64,000 nt of DNA, from positions 62,001 to 126,000 of the forward strand of contig JAVKOQ020000080.1 of assembly GCA_031835245.2 (NCBI GenBank), written 5' to 3'. This DNA comes from Balamuthia mandrillaris. Its lineage: Eukaryota. Positions 11,914 to 24,355 of the stretch are shown piece by piece. The first letter of the stretch is position 1. The number at the start of each line of letters is the position of its first letter. Below the pieces are notes generated by a model. It saw only the letters and a program-made list of their open reading frames with translations, made no database searches and was not told the origin of the DNA. Made by a program: the position numbers and the translations under genes.

Positions 11914-14210
11914 ATGCGTTTCGGCTCGTTCTCTCTGCAGGGTCCCTTCCATGCGAACGAAGACAGGCTGGTGGTGCAGCTGCCCCGGCCCAACGACTTG
12001 GTGGTGGCTGAGGATCAGAGGAGCGAGGAAAACCAAAAAACGGTCGATGAGAAAGAGGCGAAAAGGACCAAAAATCAGTACAAGAAGCAGCTCAAGTTCT
12101 TTCATAAGAGGCCGGAGATCAAGGCCTCCTTCTTTGCGGTCTATGACGGACATGGGGGACAGCGTGCTGTCGATCTCATCAGCAAGCACTTGCACTCTTA
12201 CCTCTTCGAGGAGCACGCCTCTCTCTTTTGTGCTGAGGACGGAGCTGCTGTTGACGTACCAAAGTACTCTTCTCTCCTTTTCTCTCTCGCTCTCGCTCTC
12301 TCTCTCCCGCTCTCTCTCTCTCTCACTCTCTCTCGCTCTCTCTCTTCTCCTTTTTCTTTCACTCCTCATTGCTCACCCTTTCGCTTGCAAAACAAAGAGT
12401 ATGTGAGGCAATAGAACAAGCCTTTGCCAAAATGGAGGACCAGCTCATGAACCTCTCCTCCGGCTCCTCCTTTCGCGACTTTGAGGACGACAGCGGGTCC
12501 TGCGCCACCGTCGTTGTCTCTTACTATCACCACCTTATCGTGGCCAACTTGGGAGACTGCCGAGCGGTACTGGCTCGCTACCGGCCCCAGAAGAAGAGAG
12601 GGGAGGCCGCCTATAGCGCCGTCGAGCTGAGCAGAGACCACAAGGCCACCGACCCGGAGGAGCTAAGGAGAATGGAAGAGAGAGGGGGCTTCGTGGTGAA
12701 CAACAGGGCGTTTGGAATCCTGGCCATCGCGCGGAGCTTTGGGGATCGCACGGTGAAGATACCGCCCTTGCGAGCGAATTTCTTCAATGGGATGGTGGTC
12801 AGTAGGGAGTTGGTGAGGCGGCTCAAAGAGAACGAGAAGCAGTGGAAGAGGAAGATCAAAGAGGAGGAGAAAGCAAAGTTGATGTTGCTTCCACAGCAAC
12901 ACGAAAGTGAAGGAATACCAAATGTTGTTGTGAGTGACATAAAACGGTTGAGACGGTCTTCATCGGCGGTGGACTTGGAAGAGTATCTTGCTAGAAGAGC
13001 GGCTAAGGAAGAGGCGAAGAAGAAAAAGACGCAGCAAACAGAACTGGTAGAGCAAGCTACGGGCGAAGCTGCACCCCAGACGCTTATTGCTGATGTGGAA
13101 AACAGAGAAGGAAGGTCCAAAAGCTGGGCAGATGTGCCTTTGCGCGATTTGGTTCGGTTTGAAGAGAGTGTGCAAGCACAGGGAAAAACAAAAGGAGAGG
13201 AAGAAAAGGATAAAAAGAAGCGGAAGAAAGAGAGAAGGAAGACGAAAAGAAAGAAGCTGTTCACCAATTATCGGAAGAGCCAAAGCGATGTCTCTACACA
13301 AATGAAAGCAATTCAACAACTCAAAAAAGAACAAGAACGAGAACAACAAGAACCACAAGGCGAACAGAAAGCTTCCTTTGAAAATGAAAAGGGACCGGTA
13401 AGCCCACGATCGACATCAGAGAAAAAGAAAAAGAAAGAGAAGCCTCGAAAACAGGCAAAGACGAAGAAAGAAAATAGTGAGCGTAACGAAAAAGTAGAAA
13501 AAGACGAACAAGTCAACAATGCTGCAAAGGAGAGCAATGACGAAGAAGACTCGCGAGAAGAGAACCTAATATCAAAACCGCAAGAAAACGAAGACAAGCA
13601 AAACAAACAAGAAAAAGAAGAAGCAGCTTCTTCAGAAGATGCAACAACAGAGAAGGGAGAGCAAAACCAAAAACTCTCCGGCTCCAACACAAAACTTAAG
13701 CACAAAGGCTCTGCTATCTTTCGCAAGCTTCGTTCCTCCACAAGCATCAAAAAGTCGGATCCACTTCCACAACTACAAGATTTTACAAAGAGGAACAAAC
13801 AAAAGTATTTCTTCTCCGATGAGACCATTATTGCAGTTCCCGAGATAAAGACGTTCACCACTACTATGAACGATGACTTTGTCATCCTGGCCAGTGATGG
13901 CCTTTGGGACGTCATTCCTTCCACGTTGGCCATCAACCTCGTGGCGGAAGGATTGAAGAAGAGCACTTCGAGAAGGACGTTGAACGAAACCTGCGAGTTG
14001 TTGTGCAGAGAAGCAAGAAAGAAAGGAAGCCAAGATGACATTACGATTGCTGTATTCATCATCGATAAGAAGCAAGGAGATGCACAACAAAAAGGAGAGA
14101 GCGAAAAAGAAGCAGCAGTAAAAGAAGAAATGGATAAGGAAGAAGCAGAAAGGGGAAAAACAGAAGAAAGCAAAACAGAGGACTCCACTTTGAAAGTAAA
14201 TAACAAATAG
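11914..14210 (+). CDS. PP2C/PPM protein phosphatase with a large charged insertion
   Basis: ANEDR, FFAVYDGHGG, SGSCA..LIVANLGDCRAVL, LSRDHK, LAIARSFGD, FVILASDGLWD, GSQDDIT. One CT-rich intron at about 12264-12399. Confidence 0.92.
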
Positions 14211-14279
14211 TATTTAAACGTAACCTCCTTCCTTTTTCATTCACTCACACTCATGTTTTTTTGCTAAGCGCCCCCACCT

Positions 14280-16636
14280 TCAGTGCTTTCCAGGTGTGCC
14301 TCCCGATCCTCCTTCTCTTCCACTTCCACTTCCCCGTCTCCCTCTGCCTTGTTCTCTTTCTCTCCCTTCCTCTCCACCATAATAGCCTGCGCCTTCACTT
14401 CCACCGCCATAAAACGCATTGACGGAGGCACTATCATTATAGAGATATGCAGGACCCATGAAATAAGGAGGTGCTCCGCCTGTTGATTGGTAATAATCGT
14501 ACCAACCTCCTCCATCTCCACCAACTGCTCCGCTTCCACTAACATTGCCGCTTGTAGAAGAAACCGAGCTAGCATCCGTTGGAGGCGGATACTGATAGTA
14601 GTACGCCATCGTCGGGGTTGAGTCCTCCTGTTGCTGCGGGTGCATGTAATACATCGGCATCGTGGTCAGATCCGGATAGACATAACCACTGCCTTCAGTG
14701 CCTCCCATCAGCGTTGCCGTTGGATCCATAACCGGTGTTGGATAATAATAAGCAACCTGCTGTTGCTGCTGATATCCTCCCACCCCACCAGCTCCACCAG
14801 ACGCAGAACCGGAATTGGCAGCCGGAAACGAAGCGCCCCAAGCATACTGATAGAGCTGCTCCTCCCGTTCGCGACGAGACTGTTCTTGAAGGTAGGAGAG
14901 CCCGAGCTGTGCCACTTCTTGGGTGGCCTCTGCTTTGGTGGCTCCTCTTGCCTCCAACAACTGGCCTTCTATTTCCAGTTGAGCAATCCAACCTTTTCTT
15001 ACCTTCCGCAGCAGATACTTTGGGCTTAACTTCCATTTGTTTTGGTACCATTCGTTGAGCAGACCTGTGTTTGACTTGTTAGCAAAGGCGAGTTGGAGAG
15101 AGACGAGAGAGGAGAGAGATGAGAGAGAGAGAGAGAGAGAAGCAGGACTAAACGTATTACATTTAGGGTTCTGTCCTGCTGAAGAGACGGATGAGGTCCG
15201 TCTTCGCTTCTGCATTACTCCCTCTTTGTTACCTCTATTGCCGAGATTCCACCTTCCACAGGAATAGAGCTTGAAGCAAGCATCCATAGCAGCCAGGTTC
15301 TCTGCCTCCCTCTTCTTGTTTCCTTTTCCTCTGCCTTTGATCTGTGGCAGCACTTCTTCATCCCCTTCTTCCAATTTTTCCTTCTCCACTTTCTTCAATG
15401 GCTCTTCCTGCTTTTTGGTATGTTGGTCTTTCTCTTCCTCTTCCTCTTCTTCTCCTACTTCATTTTTAACTTCACGCAAATAGTATCTCTGTTCTTTTTT
15501 TTCCACTCTGGTTTTATCTGCTAAGATAGCATTGCTTCGAACATTTAATGGTGGTCTCCCTCGCCAAAGCGAGTAATGCTGTCCACGCGGGTGTGACTTT
15601 TTTTGAGGCCTCCTCACTCCCGACTTTGCCAAGACCAACAGGTCCGATATATCAACCGTCGCCATGAACAGCTTGTTATGTTCTTCTCCTACTGACCAGC
15701 TCGTAAATCTGGTTTTTCAACAGTTGGAGGCATTAGACAAGCAAGAGGAACATGTAGAAGGAGATGAGAAAGATAAAAACTTTGGAAGCGAAGCATTGAA
15801 GCTTTGATAGTAATGCTGCAATTCTCCTTTTGCTCGTTCGGGACTGGGAAGCTGCAGGTGTTGATTCTCGCTCATCAACTGGAACGCAGCTGAGTTGTCG
15901 AGGAAACCTTCATCGCTGTTGTTGTTCCTTGACGTCGTAGAGGTTGTTAATGCCGATTCTCGCAGTGAGGAGGCAACAGTTGAAGAAACTAATGAGGATG
16001 ATGGTGATGCTGATGAAGAGTTTGGCGTCGGAGAAGAAAGACCTTCACGCTTAACAAAGGCCGATGTTGAGGAGCGAGGTTTAAAGGTCGACCGGCTAGA
16101 TGGCCCTCTTTTGACATCCAGCGAAGCACTTGCTGTTCCTATTAAAGATGAAGGTAAAGATGCGGAGCATTCTGCCGGGTGCTACAAGTAAAAAGACGTT
16201 TAGTTTCTTTGGATGCATCTGGATTGGCACATATATGAAGGAAGGAGGGTGAAGACGAACGAGAACGAACCTGAGGTTTGATACTTCTTAGACTGTGGGG
16301 CTCCATTTGGTTGTCGCTGTCAAGGAGGACTTCCCACGACATCGTGGCCTTTGAGGAGGTAAACCGGAAGACCTCACCCAACAAAGATTCCTTGAGTAGC
16401 CGAGCCTTCCTTCCGAATGCATGTCGCAACTGGTCGTATGCTTGATAGTTGGATAGCATAGGACCTAAACTTCGTTTCTTCCAAGTGGAGAGTGTTTGGT
16501 TTATTTGTTGGTGGAGCTGTTCCACCGTTTGCGTTGGACGAACGGGAAGGGTGAACTCCGCCTGCTCGCATGTTGTTCCCGTGACGTCCTCCACATGCAC
16601 CACCAGTTGAACCGTATGAACCCCGTTTCGTTGCAT
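14280..16636 (-). CDS. Double-stranded RNA-binding motif (dsRBD) protein with a Tyr/Gly/Gln-rich C-terminal tail
   Basis: NPK.LLNEWYQNKWKLSPKY..WIAQLEIEGQLLEARGATKAEATQEVAQLGLSYL matches dsRBD topology. A second dsRBD-like C-terminal helix reads GRGKGNKKREAENLAAMDACFKL. First exon from ORF 16142-16636. Confidence 0.65.
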
Positions 16637-17041
16637 TGCTGCAACAGGGGTTCAAATGGATGTCTATAGCTACTCAGATAATGGTGACGCTGAATTGTAA
16701 AAAAAAAACAAAACACTTTTGCCTCTGCCCTCCTTTTCTATGCGCCACAGTTAAAAACAAAATTCCTTTAAAGACGTTGAAACAAGAAGAAAGCAGGAAT
16801 GTGCATAGAATACGTGCGCTTACTCATTTGGTTCCGTGGCGAACCAATCGAAACCAAAAAAAAATATTTATATGCAGTGAGAGAAATTTCCGAAAATGTC
16901 CATTTGTTTTACGAAGAGGCGCTTATGACATCACCTTTATCCATTTATGCGAATTCATGACATCATATTGTTAATTTGCTCCAATTAGAATAAATAAAAA
17001 TAAATAAATATTTTAATAAAGATAAAAATATAATAAAAGAG

Positions 17042-18878
17042 ATGGAAGAAAGCTCCGCTGCCGCTTCTTTTGAAAGGCTGGTCGAAACCTGTTTGGGGCA
17101 AGGCCCTTCCGCTCTGGTGGCCTACCTGCACGGCCGCTTTCCCGCCGCTCTCTGGTCCGCTCAGCGCAAAAGACTTCGGGCCAACCTCTCTTCCGCGCCT
17201 CCGCAGATTTCGTTTGACAAGAAAGACAAAGAGGAGGAGGAGGAGGACGCAGCCAACGGCGAAGGAGGAGGAGAAGGAGGGGCGTGGTCCAACGCTGACC
17301 TTACTCACCACTTCTTCACAAAGTACGGCGTAAATGTTGGCATTGAGGGCGTGTTCTACCTCTTCAAATATGAAGGTAACCTCTTTCTTGCTTTCTTTCT
17401 TTGCTTTTGGTTCTTCTTCTTTTGACAAAAGGTCTTTGGCTCTACTACAGTGACAGTGGCGTTGGAATGGCCTAAAGAGATCAGAGAATGTCGCGGCATT
17501 ATTCTCCAAAGATCGGATCTCAGAGCACAACCACAAGAGTCTGCTTCTGCTTCTTCCTCTTCGGCTATGTGGGAAGTGGCAGCCCGTCCCTTTGACAAGT
17601 TCTTCAACCAAGAAGAGTCCCAGTGTCCTTTCTCCACCAAACAAGTCTTCGAGCAATACCTCTCCGAGTTTGAGCTGGTGGAGAAGGCAGACGGCTCCTG
17701 CATTCAACTTTGGCACTGCTCCGAAGAGGTGATGGCTCTCAATTGGAAGCAGAGACAAATGGAGGAAGCAGCAAAGAAGAATAAGAAGCAGCAAACAAAT
17801 GGAGAAACGGAAGCGGAGGAAGAAACTGAAACAGAAGAAGAAGAGAAAGACGAAGCGGAGGAAGAGGCAGCAAAGAGAACGAAAGAGTTGTTGGAAAAAG
17901 CGGAGGCAAAGAAGCAAGCACTTACCACAAAGTCAGAAGCGTTATTGACCACTGAAGAGCGGAGAGAACTTATCTATGGCAAGAAGAGCAAACGAAAGCA
18001 AAACACCAAAACTGGGTTGAACGATCTCAACGTCGACGAAGCAACGAAAGCAGAGACAGTGGAAACTGAAGCCGACACAGAAAAAGAAGAACCTACCGCA
18101 ACAATTCGAAGGGCTGCACATTTGTCTGGATGGAGAGCTTCTACGCTTGGAAAGATAACGCCTCATCCTCGTTTCGAACAATTGTTTTGGAAACTGCTGA
18201 ATGTTTCTTCTGCTGTAACTTCTTATACAAACGAAGGCGAAGAGGAAACGGATGCAGAGAAAGCAGAAGGAGAAGAGAAAGCAAAGGTAGAAGCGGTGCT
18301 GGCAGCGTTACATCCGGATTATACGTATCTCTTTGAGCTTTGTTGCGATGAGAACAGAGTGGTCAACAAGTATCCCCAAGACACCGTGTTTCTCATTGGA
18401 GCACGGCATCGGATCGATGGCACCGTTCTGTCAAAACAGAAACTTGATGAAGTGGCCGCTCGAGTACTTATTTCTTCTCTCCTCTTTATTCTCCTGATCC
18501 TTCTCCTTCTTCATTCGTTCTTCATTCTTCTTCACTCTTGTTCTTCTTTCTCCTGTCTTTGATCTTTTCTCATCATGGCAATCTTTCTTCCATTGTTTCT
18601 CTCTGCTCCCAGTTGGGAGTAATGCGACCACAGTACATCTTGCCGTCGGACAAAGGAATAGAAACGCTCTCGGCGCTGCGACGTTGGATCGAATCCGAAG
18701 CCAAGCGCACAGACCTTTATGGAGAAGTGCCTGAAGGCTTTGTTGTCTACTGGCAAAACGTTCCTGTGGCAAAAATGAAAAACAAGAGTTATCTGGACAA
18801 ACATGGTCTTATCACCGGAAACCTTTTATACAATCGGAACATCGTTATTCAACGGTTGTCCCTCCTCTTTCTCTGTTG

Positions 18879-18910
<32 letters not shown>

Positions 18911-19498
18911 ACCTCTCTGCCTCTCTTATGTTGTTTTGTGTTAGGTACTTTGAAGGAACTTTGGATGATGTACAAGGAGTGCTACAACCGAGCATCTTAT
19001 TGTTCATAGATGAGTTAAAGGCGAAGGTTTTGCAGAAGATCAATGTTGTGGAAGAGATGTGCAGAGACTTGTTTGAAACCAAGCTTCCACCAGACCTTAA
19101 GCAGCACCCAAAAGCACGTGCTCTCTATCCTCAAGTAAGTTCTTTCTTTGTTCTCCTTCCTCTCTTTTCTTTGTTCTTGTTTCTCATGTCTTCCTATTGA
19201 TAGGCTGTAAAGAAGCACATTTCTCTCAAGTATGATAGTTTCTTCTTTCAGCATAAAGAACGACTCGTGTTTGGAATAGAAGAAGAGGAAGAAGTACCGT
19301 TTGGAGGTAAGCCATAGCATTATCTTTTTTTAACCGTTGTTTGTGTTAGTAAATGTGTTCTTTTTCTCAACGCTGTTTGTGTTAACAGGACTCGTAATGG
19401 AGTGGCTAAAGAAGAACTATGCGAAGTTCAACACCGAATGGAAGCAAACAAACATTCCCGAAATACTTGAAGCGGAACGACAACAAAGTGGACTTTAA
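17042..19498 (+). CDS. T4 RNA ligase 1 (Rnl1)-like ATP-dependent ligase; multi-exon
   Basis: LFKY, RECRGIIL, ARPFDKFFN, motif I EKADGS (Lys at 17684), WRAST, YLFEL..NRVVNKY, FLIGAR, motif IV EGFVV and motif V AKMKNKSY. Confidence 0.85.
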
Positions 19499-19559
19499 TC
19501 GAGAAACAAATAAGAGGAGACAAAAGAAATAAATAACGATAACGCAAGCTGAACAAAAA

Positions 19560-20442
19560 CTATCGGTGAAGTTCATGCTTTGTCGACTTCTTGCTTGGAG
19601 GAGCAGGTAAAGGGAACGCCAAAGAATGGTTGTTCTTCTGCCCAAAGTTGGAAGAAGCTTCCGTTGAATCGTTCGTGCCCGAGTGGTTGTTATTGTTGTG
19701 CTGTCCCCAGTTCGGAAGCGGAGGTGCCTCCACGGATAGTCCCCTTCGATCGCTTCTCACTCGAAAGCCCACTATCTCCTCTTCTTCCTCTTCTCCTGTT
19801 ACAGCTCTTTCTTTCTCGCTGTTAACAGCAGCATTCGTAGTTGACGAAGAAGACGAAGGGGTTGTGGAAGAAGATGAAGATAAAGGGATTTGTGAAGAGG
19901 AAGTGGATACCGAACGTCCACCCTTGCTTCGTTCTGATCCATTTTCTGAAAGAAGTTGAATGATGTCGTTGTTCGCAGCAAGATCTAGAGCAGTGCATCC
20001 ATCTTTATCTTTGGCGTGCAAGGTTGCATCGTTTAGGATGAGCAGCTGAACAGCAAGAAGATGACCAGCAAGACTAGCTGCATGAAGTGGCATTCTTCCT
20101 TTCTCGGATTCGTTTACGAAGTTGACAGCAGCTGCTCCTCCTTCTTGAGCGATGCATTGGAGCATCTTGTTTAAGTCACCCCTTGATGAAGCTTCAAACA
20201 GTAACTTTGTTCCCATGAAAAGGGAAAATACATAAATAAATAAAAGCGTGAGGATATAGATAGTGAGAACTAGAGAACCTTGTTTATGTTTTCTTTGGGG
20301 AGAGGTGAAACGAATTCCTTTGATTAGTGAGAGAGAGAGAGAGAGAGAGATTAGCAAACACAAATCGTTCAAAAAAAAGATATAAATACCTTGCTTCTAT
20401 ATTTCGCGATAATGAAGGCTTCCTATGAAAGAGTAGGGTAAG

Positions 20443-20486
<44 letters not shown>

Positions 20487-22171
20487 CCAGGGAGATTACT
20501 TTGGTGTTACGATCATCTTTAGGAGAGGGCTTTTGCATCCCAGAGGGATGGCCGGTGAGATTTGCCTCCCAAATAGAATTCAACAACGGATTGCCTAATG
20601 CTTTCAGCAGTTCCAATGTCTCATGCGGAAGGTCATCCAACGTTATCGAACGAACTGTCCATTTAAATATTTAAGATAATGGTAGAGAGAGAGAGAGAAA
20701 GAGAGAAAGAGAGGAGAGAATTACCTTTGGAAAGATGTACTCCAAGCGAACGATGAACTGAAAGTGAAAGACGAGCATAAGGAAAAGGAAACTGAGAAAG
20801 AGAAGAAACCCAATGAAGGAGAACCAACCTCCAGAGCATTGAATACATATCAAGCAGCCAAGATTAATGGACAACCAATCCGGTTCTGTTTGCCACAACG
20901 AAGCAAAAGGAGCATCAGCCATCAGTCTTTCCTTCCATACGCATTTGACGAATGAATACGTTACCTGCGGCACCACAGTCGGCACAACGCCGATTCTCTG
21001 GTTGCAACTTCAATGCAGCCCAGGCTTGGAGATTGCCTTTGTTTCCTCCTTTGAGCTATTTTGAATGACGTTAGTTTCTTACGTGCTTCTTTTCTCTAGT
21101 CTCTTTTCCTCATCCTTGCTAACGAACCTTTGATTTGTCATCTGTGTTTTGTGTTAGACGAAGTCCTATGCCCTCTTGCAACGCAGTGACCCATTCCATC
21201 ATCGCTGCTGGGGAATCAGCAACCAGCTGGTAACGTTGAGTGACAGAAACTAGCTCGAAAGCTGAAGAGGCAGCTCCTTTGTTGGAACCAATGCTTGACC
21301 CTGAACCCAACTTGACGCTGCACGTTAGTAGATCGATCGCCATCAGAGGAGCGGTTCCTTCTTCGACATCCTTTTAACATGAAGGAAACACATGTTTAGC
21401 AAAACATAATAAAGAATAAAAGAAAGAATAAGGAAATAAACTTTTTGAGAACGAAAGAGATAAAGAATTCCATCCATCAGCACCAAATGGTACTTTCGAG
21501 TGGACTTGAACGGCTTCACGGCTGCCTTCAAAGAGACATCCCCACTTTTGGAAGGATGGTCGAGGCTTAAAGGAGCTGATAACAAAAAACTTTTGCTGCG
21601 TTTCGTTGGAGGTTTACAGAGCTCTTCCAGCGATTCTCTGCTCTTTTTTATGATGATATCTTCAATGATGTGTTGAAAGAGCTGCTCTATTCCTTCTCCT
21701 GATCTATTTATAAGCAAAGAATGCTTTCATGAGAAGAGAGAAAAGAAAAGAGAAGAAAGAAGAGAAACAAGAAAGGAGAGTAATGAACTTGGCAGATGCT
21801 TCGTAGAAGGGACAACGCCATGAATAAGCAACGCTGAGTCCTTCTTTGTGTGTTATCACTCTTTCTTGTTGTTTGTCCGCTGGAGAGAGAAAGAAGAATG
21901 AATGAACATTGAAGAATGAATGAAGAACGAATAAAAGAGAAAAACGAGAAAGAAAGAAAGGCACAAAAGAAAGAAAACAAACAAACCTTGAGTGGCAACC
22001 AATACGAAAGGAAGTTCCTTCGTTTTACGAACCGAAAATACAGCTTGACGATAGTGTTCCAACATATCAAAGCTTTCAGCCGAAGCCACCGAATACACAA
22101 AAACATAACCATCCGCCCTTTGGTTACCATTACGACGTACAGCTTGGTAAGAGAAGAGAAGAGGAGAAGAC

Positions 22172-22224
<53 letters not shown>

Positions 22225-22765
22225 AACAAACCATGAAAACCATTTGTCAAACATGTGGTCATAACATTCGTTTCCTCCAGTGTCTTTGAAAGTGTTGATT
22301 AGAGGAAAAGAAGAGGAGAAGAAGAAGAAGATGAGAAGAAGAAGATGAGAAGAAGAAGAAGAAGAAGAAGAAGAAGAAGAAGAAGAAGAACAAGGAGAAA
22401 ACAAGGAGAGTAAACCTAATATTTCCAGTTGATAAGGTTTGCCGTCATATTCCACTTTCTTTCTGCATTACAACAACAGCAAAACTAAAGTTATGATACA
22501 AACAACAAAACGAAGCAAAAGCAGTTGCAAGCTGCGTACACATGACTATCCTCTGTTTCGAGAGTTGGCAGAAGAAAAGATTAGAGAACCACAAAAAAAA
22601 AACCGTTATAAAGCGAATCAGCAAACCTAAAGTGGGGTCATCCAATTCTTCAAATTGGCCATTGAGGTAGCGCAGGATGAGGCTCGTTTTGCCGCACGAC
22701 ACTTGTCCGCAGAACACAACTCGCAACGAGTCCGTTGAGGCCTGGTTGCCCGCTCGTTGCGACAT
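19560..22765 (-). CDS. AGAP/centaurin-gamma-like protein: Ras-like GTPase, PH, ArfGAP and ankyrin repeats
   Basis: GQVSCGKT, DPT, DTGGNE, VATQAD and EASAK. PH (HLVLMDGILYLF..YQLVADSPAAMMEWVTAL). ArfGAP (CADCG..PDWLSINLGCLICIQCS..HRSLGVHLSK). ANK (PLHAA..KDKDGCTALDLA). Confidence 0.88.
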
Positions 22766-23302
22766 TGAACAGAGGTTTCTCTCTTGTTCGTTGTTGTTGT
22801 TTAGTAATTATTGTTTATTAACAGGAGATTCAGACGGCTGATGTAACACTTGCTTTATTTGTTATTTTTTAATTTAAATTTATCTATTTTAGGAGTTTAT
22901 CGGTCAACTTGGAAAATGGATCGTTGATTTTTTCCTCATCTTTTGTGTTGGTTGCAAGCCAAGACTGAACTCGGCGGAGAGAAACCTTTAGAAGGGTGGC
23001 AACAGCGATTTTTTTTAAAAAAACAAACAAACTATATCTCAGAAACATCTTTGTTGGAACGAGCAGCAAGAATGAAAACTTGTTTGTGAGAGATAAGAGC
23101 GAGGACAACTTTTCCCCGCCATTGAATATGGTAGCGGACATGAGAGAGCACGATTTTTGTCGACAGCAGTAAAGAGAAGAGAGAGGACAATTTTCTCCGC
23201 AAAACTTTGCGTGGATGGACGTGAGAGCTCCCTATTCCTGTAGACACAGCGGGAATGCTTGGAATGCCAAGAATTTTGGCACAAAACACAAAGAAGAAAG
23301 AC

Positions 23303-24298
23303 ATGCAGCAACCAAGAACGCCACAACAGCAACGCGCTGCCGTCTCAGGCTCGGTCACGACCTCTTCTTCTGCTTCACCTCCTTCTGCTCCTGCTTCATC
23401 CAGTTCCACTTTGCTGCTTCAAACCGGGCAACCACCCGCGCGGACCAACCTGGCGCCCGTTCTTCGCAACTTGGATGAAATGCTTAGCCAGGTCTCCTCC
23501 TTTTTTTGTCAAAGCTTCTCTTCTTCTCTCACTCATTTTTTTCCTTTGTTGTGTTTTGGCTGCTTATTCGTTTCACAAACAAAAATAAAAAGGTGGCCTA
23601 CTTGCGTGCCGGTTGCCAGCAAATCTTTCAAGGCTTTGTCAATCTCGCTCGCGCCGAACGCATGGAAGGAGGTTTCTTTTGCTTCCTTCTCCTTTCTTCT
23701 TTCTTTCTTCTTCTCCTTGCTTCTTGGTTCTTTCTTCCTCTCTTCTTCTCTTGTTCTTCTGCTCCTTCTCCTTCTTCTTCTTGTTCTTCTTGTTCTTCTT
23801 GTTCTTCTTCTTCCTTCCTTCCTTTCCTCTCTTCTTCTTCTTCTTCTTCTTTGCTTCTTCTCTCTAGCTCTCACTTCAAAAACTAAACCACACAAATACA
23901 AAACAGAGAAACTGGCAAAGTCGCTCACTACGCACATACGCTATGTGCTTCGCACCATCAAGAGAATAGGAGACCTTGGCATCGAAGTTCAACGTTTGTT
24001 CTCTTTCTCTTTCTCTTATCTGCTCTATTGTTTCTGCTTTCTGCTCTTGGCTCTTCTTTCCATCTTACTTCCTCTCCTTCTTCCTTTTCTTATTCTTCAT
24101 CTTGTTCTTCTTCTCTCAATACTGAACATTCACTGCTGCAGCGTATCTTATATCTCCTCCCTCCACTGCTGATGCGCTTAACGCTGCTGCTTCATCGTAA
24201 GTTTACTGCCTTCAATGGAAAAGAGGGAGAGGAAGAGGGAGAGAGGAGAGAGGAGAGAGGGGAGAGGAGAGAGGGGAGAGGAGAGAGGAGAGAGAGAG

Positions 24299-24355
<57 letters not shown>

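Noticed and set aside
13313..14206. Long Ser/Phe-rich antisense ORFs here and at 16985-17917, 6561-7097 and 45190-45825
   Set aside because: Shadows of purine-rich or GC-rich coding sequence on the other strand.
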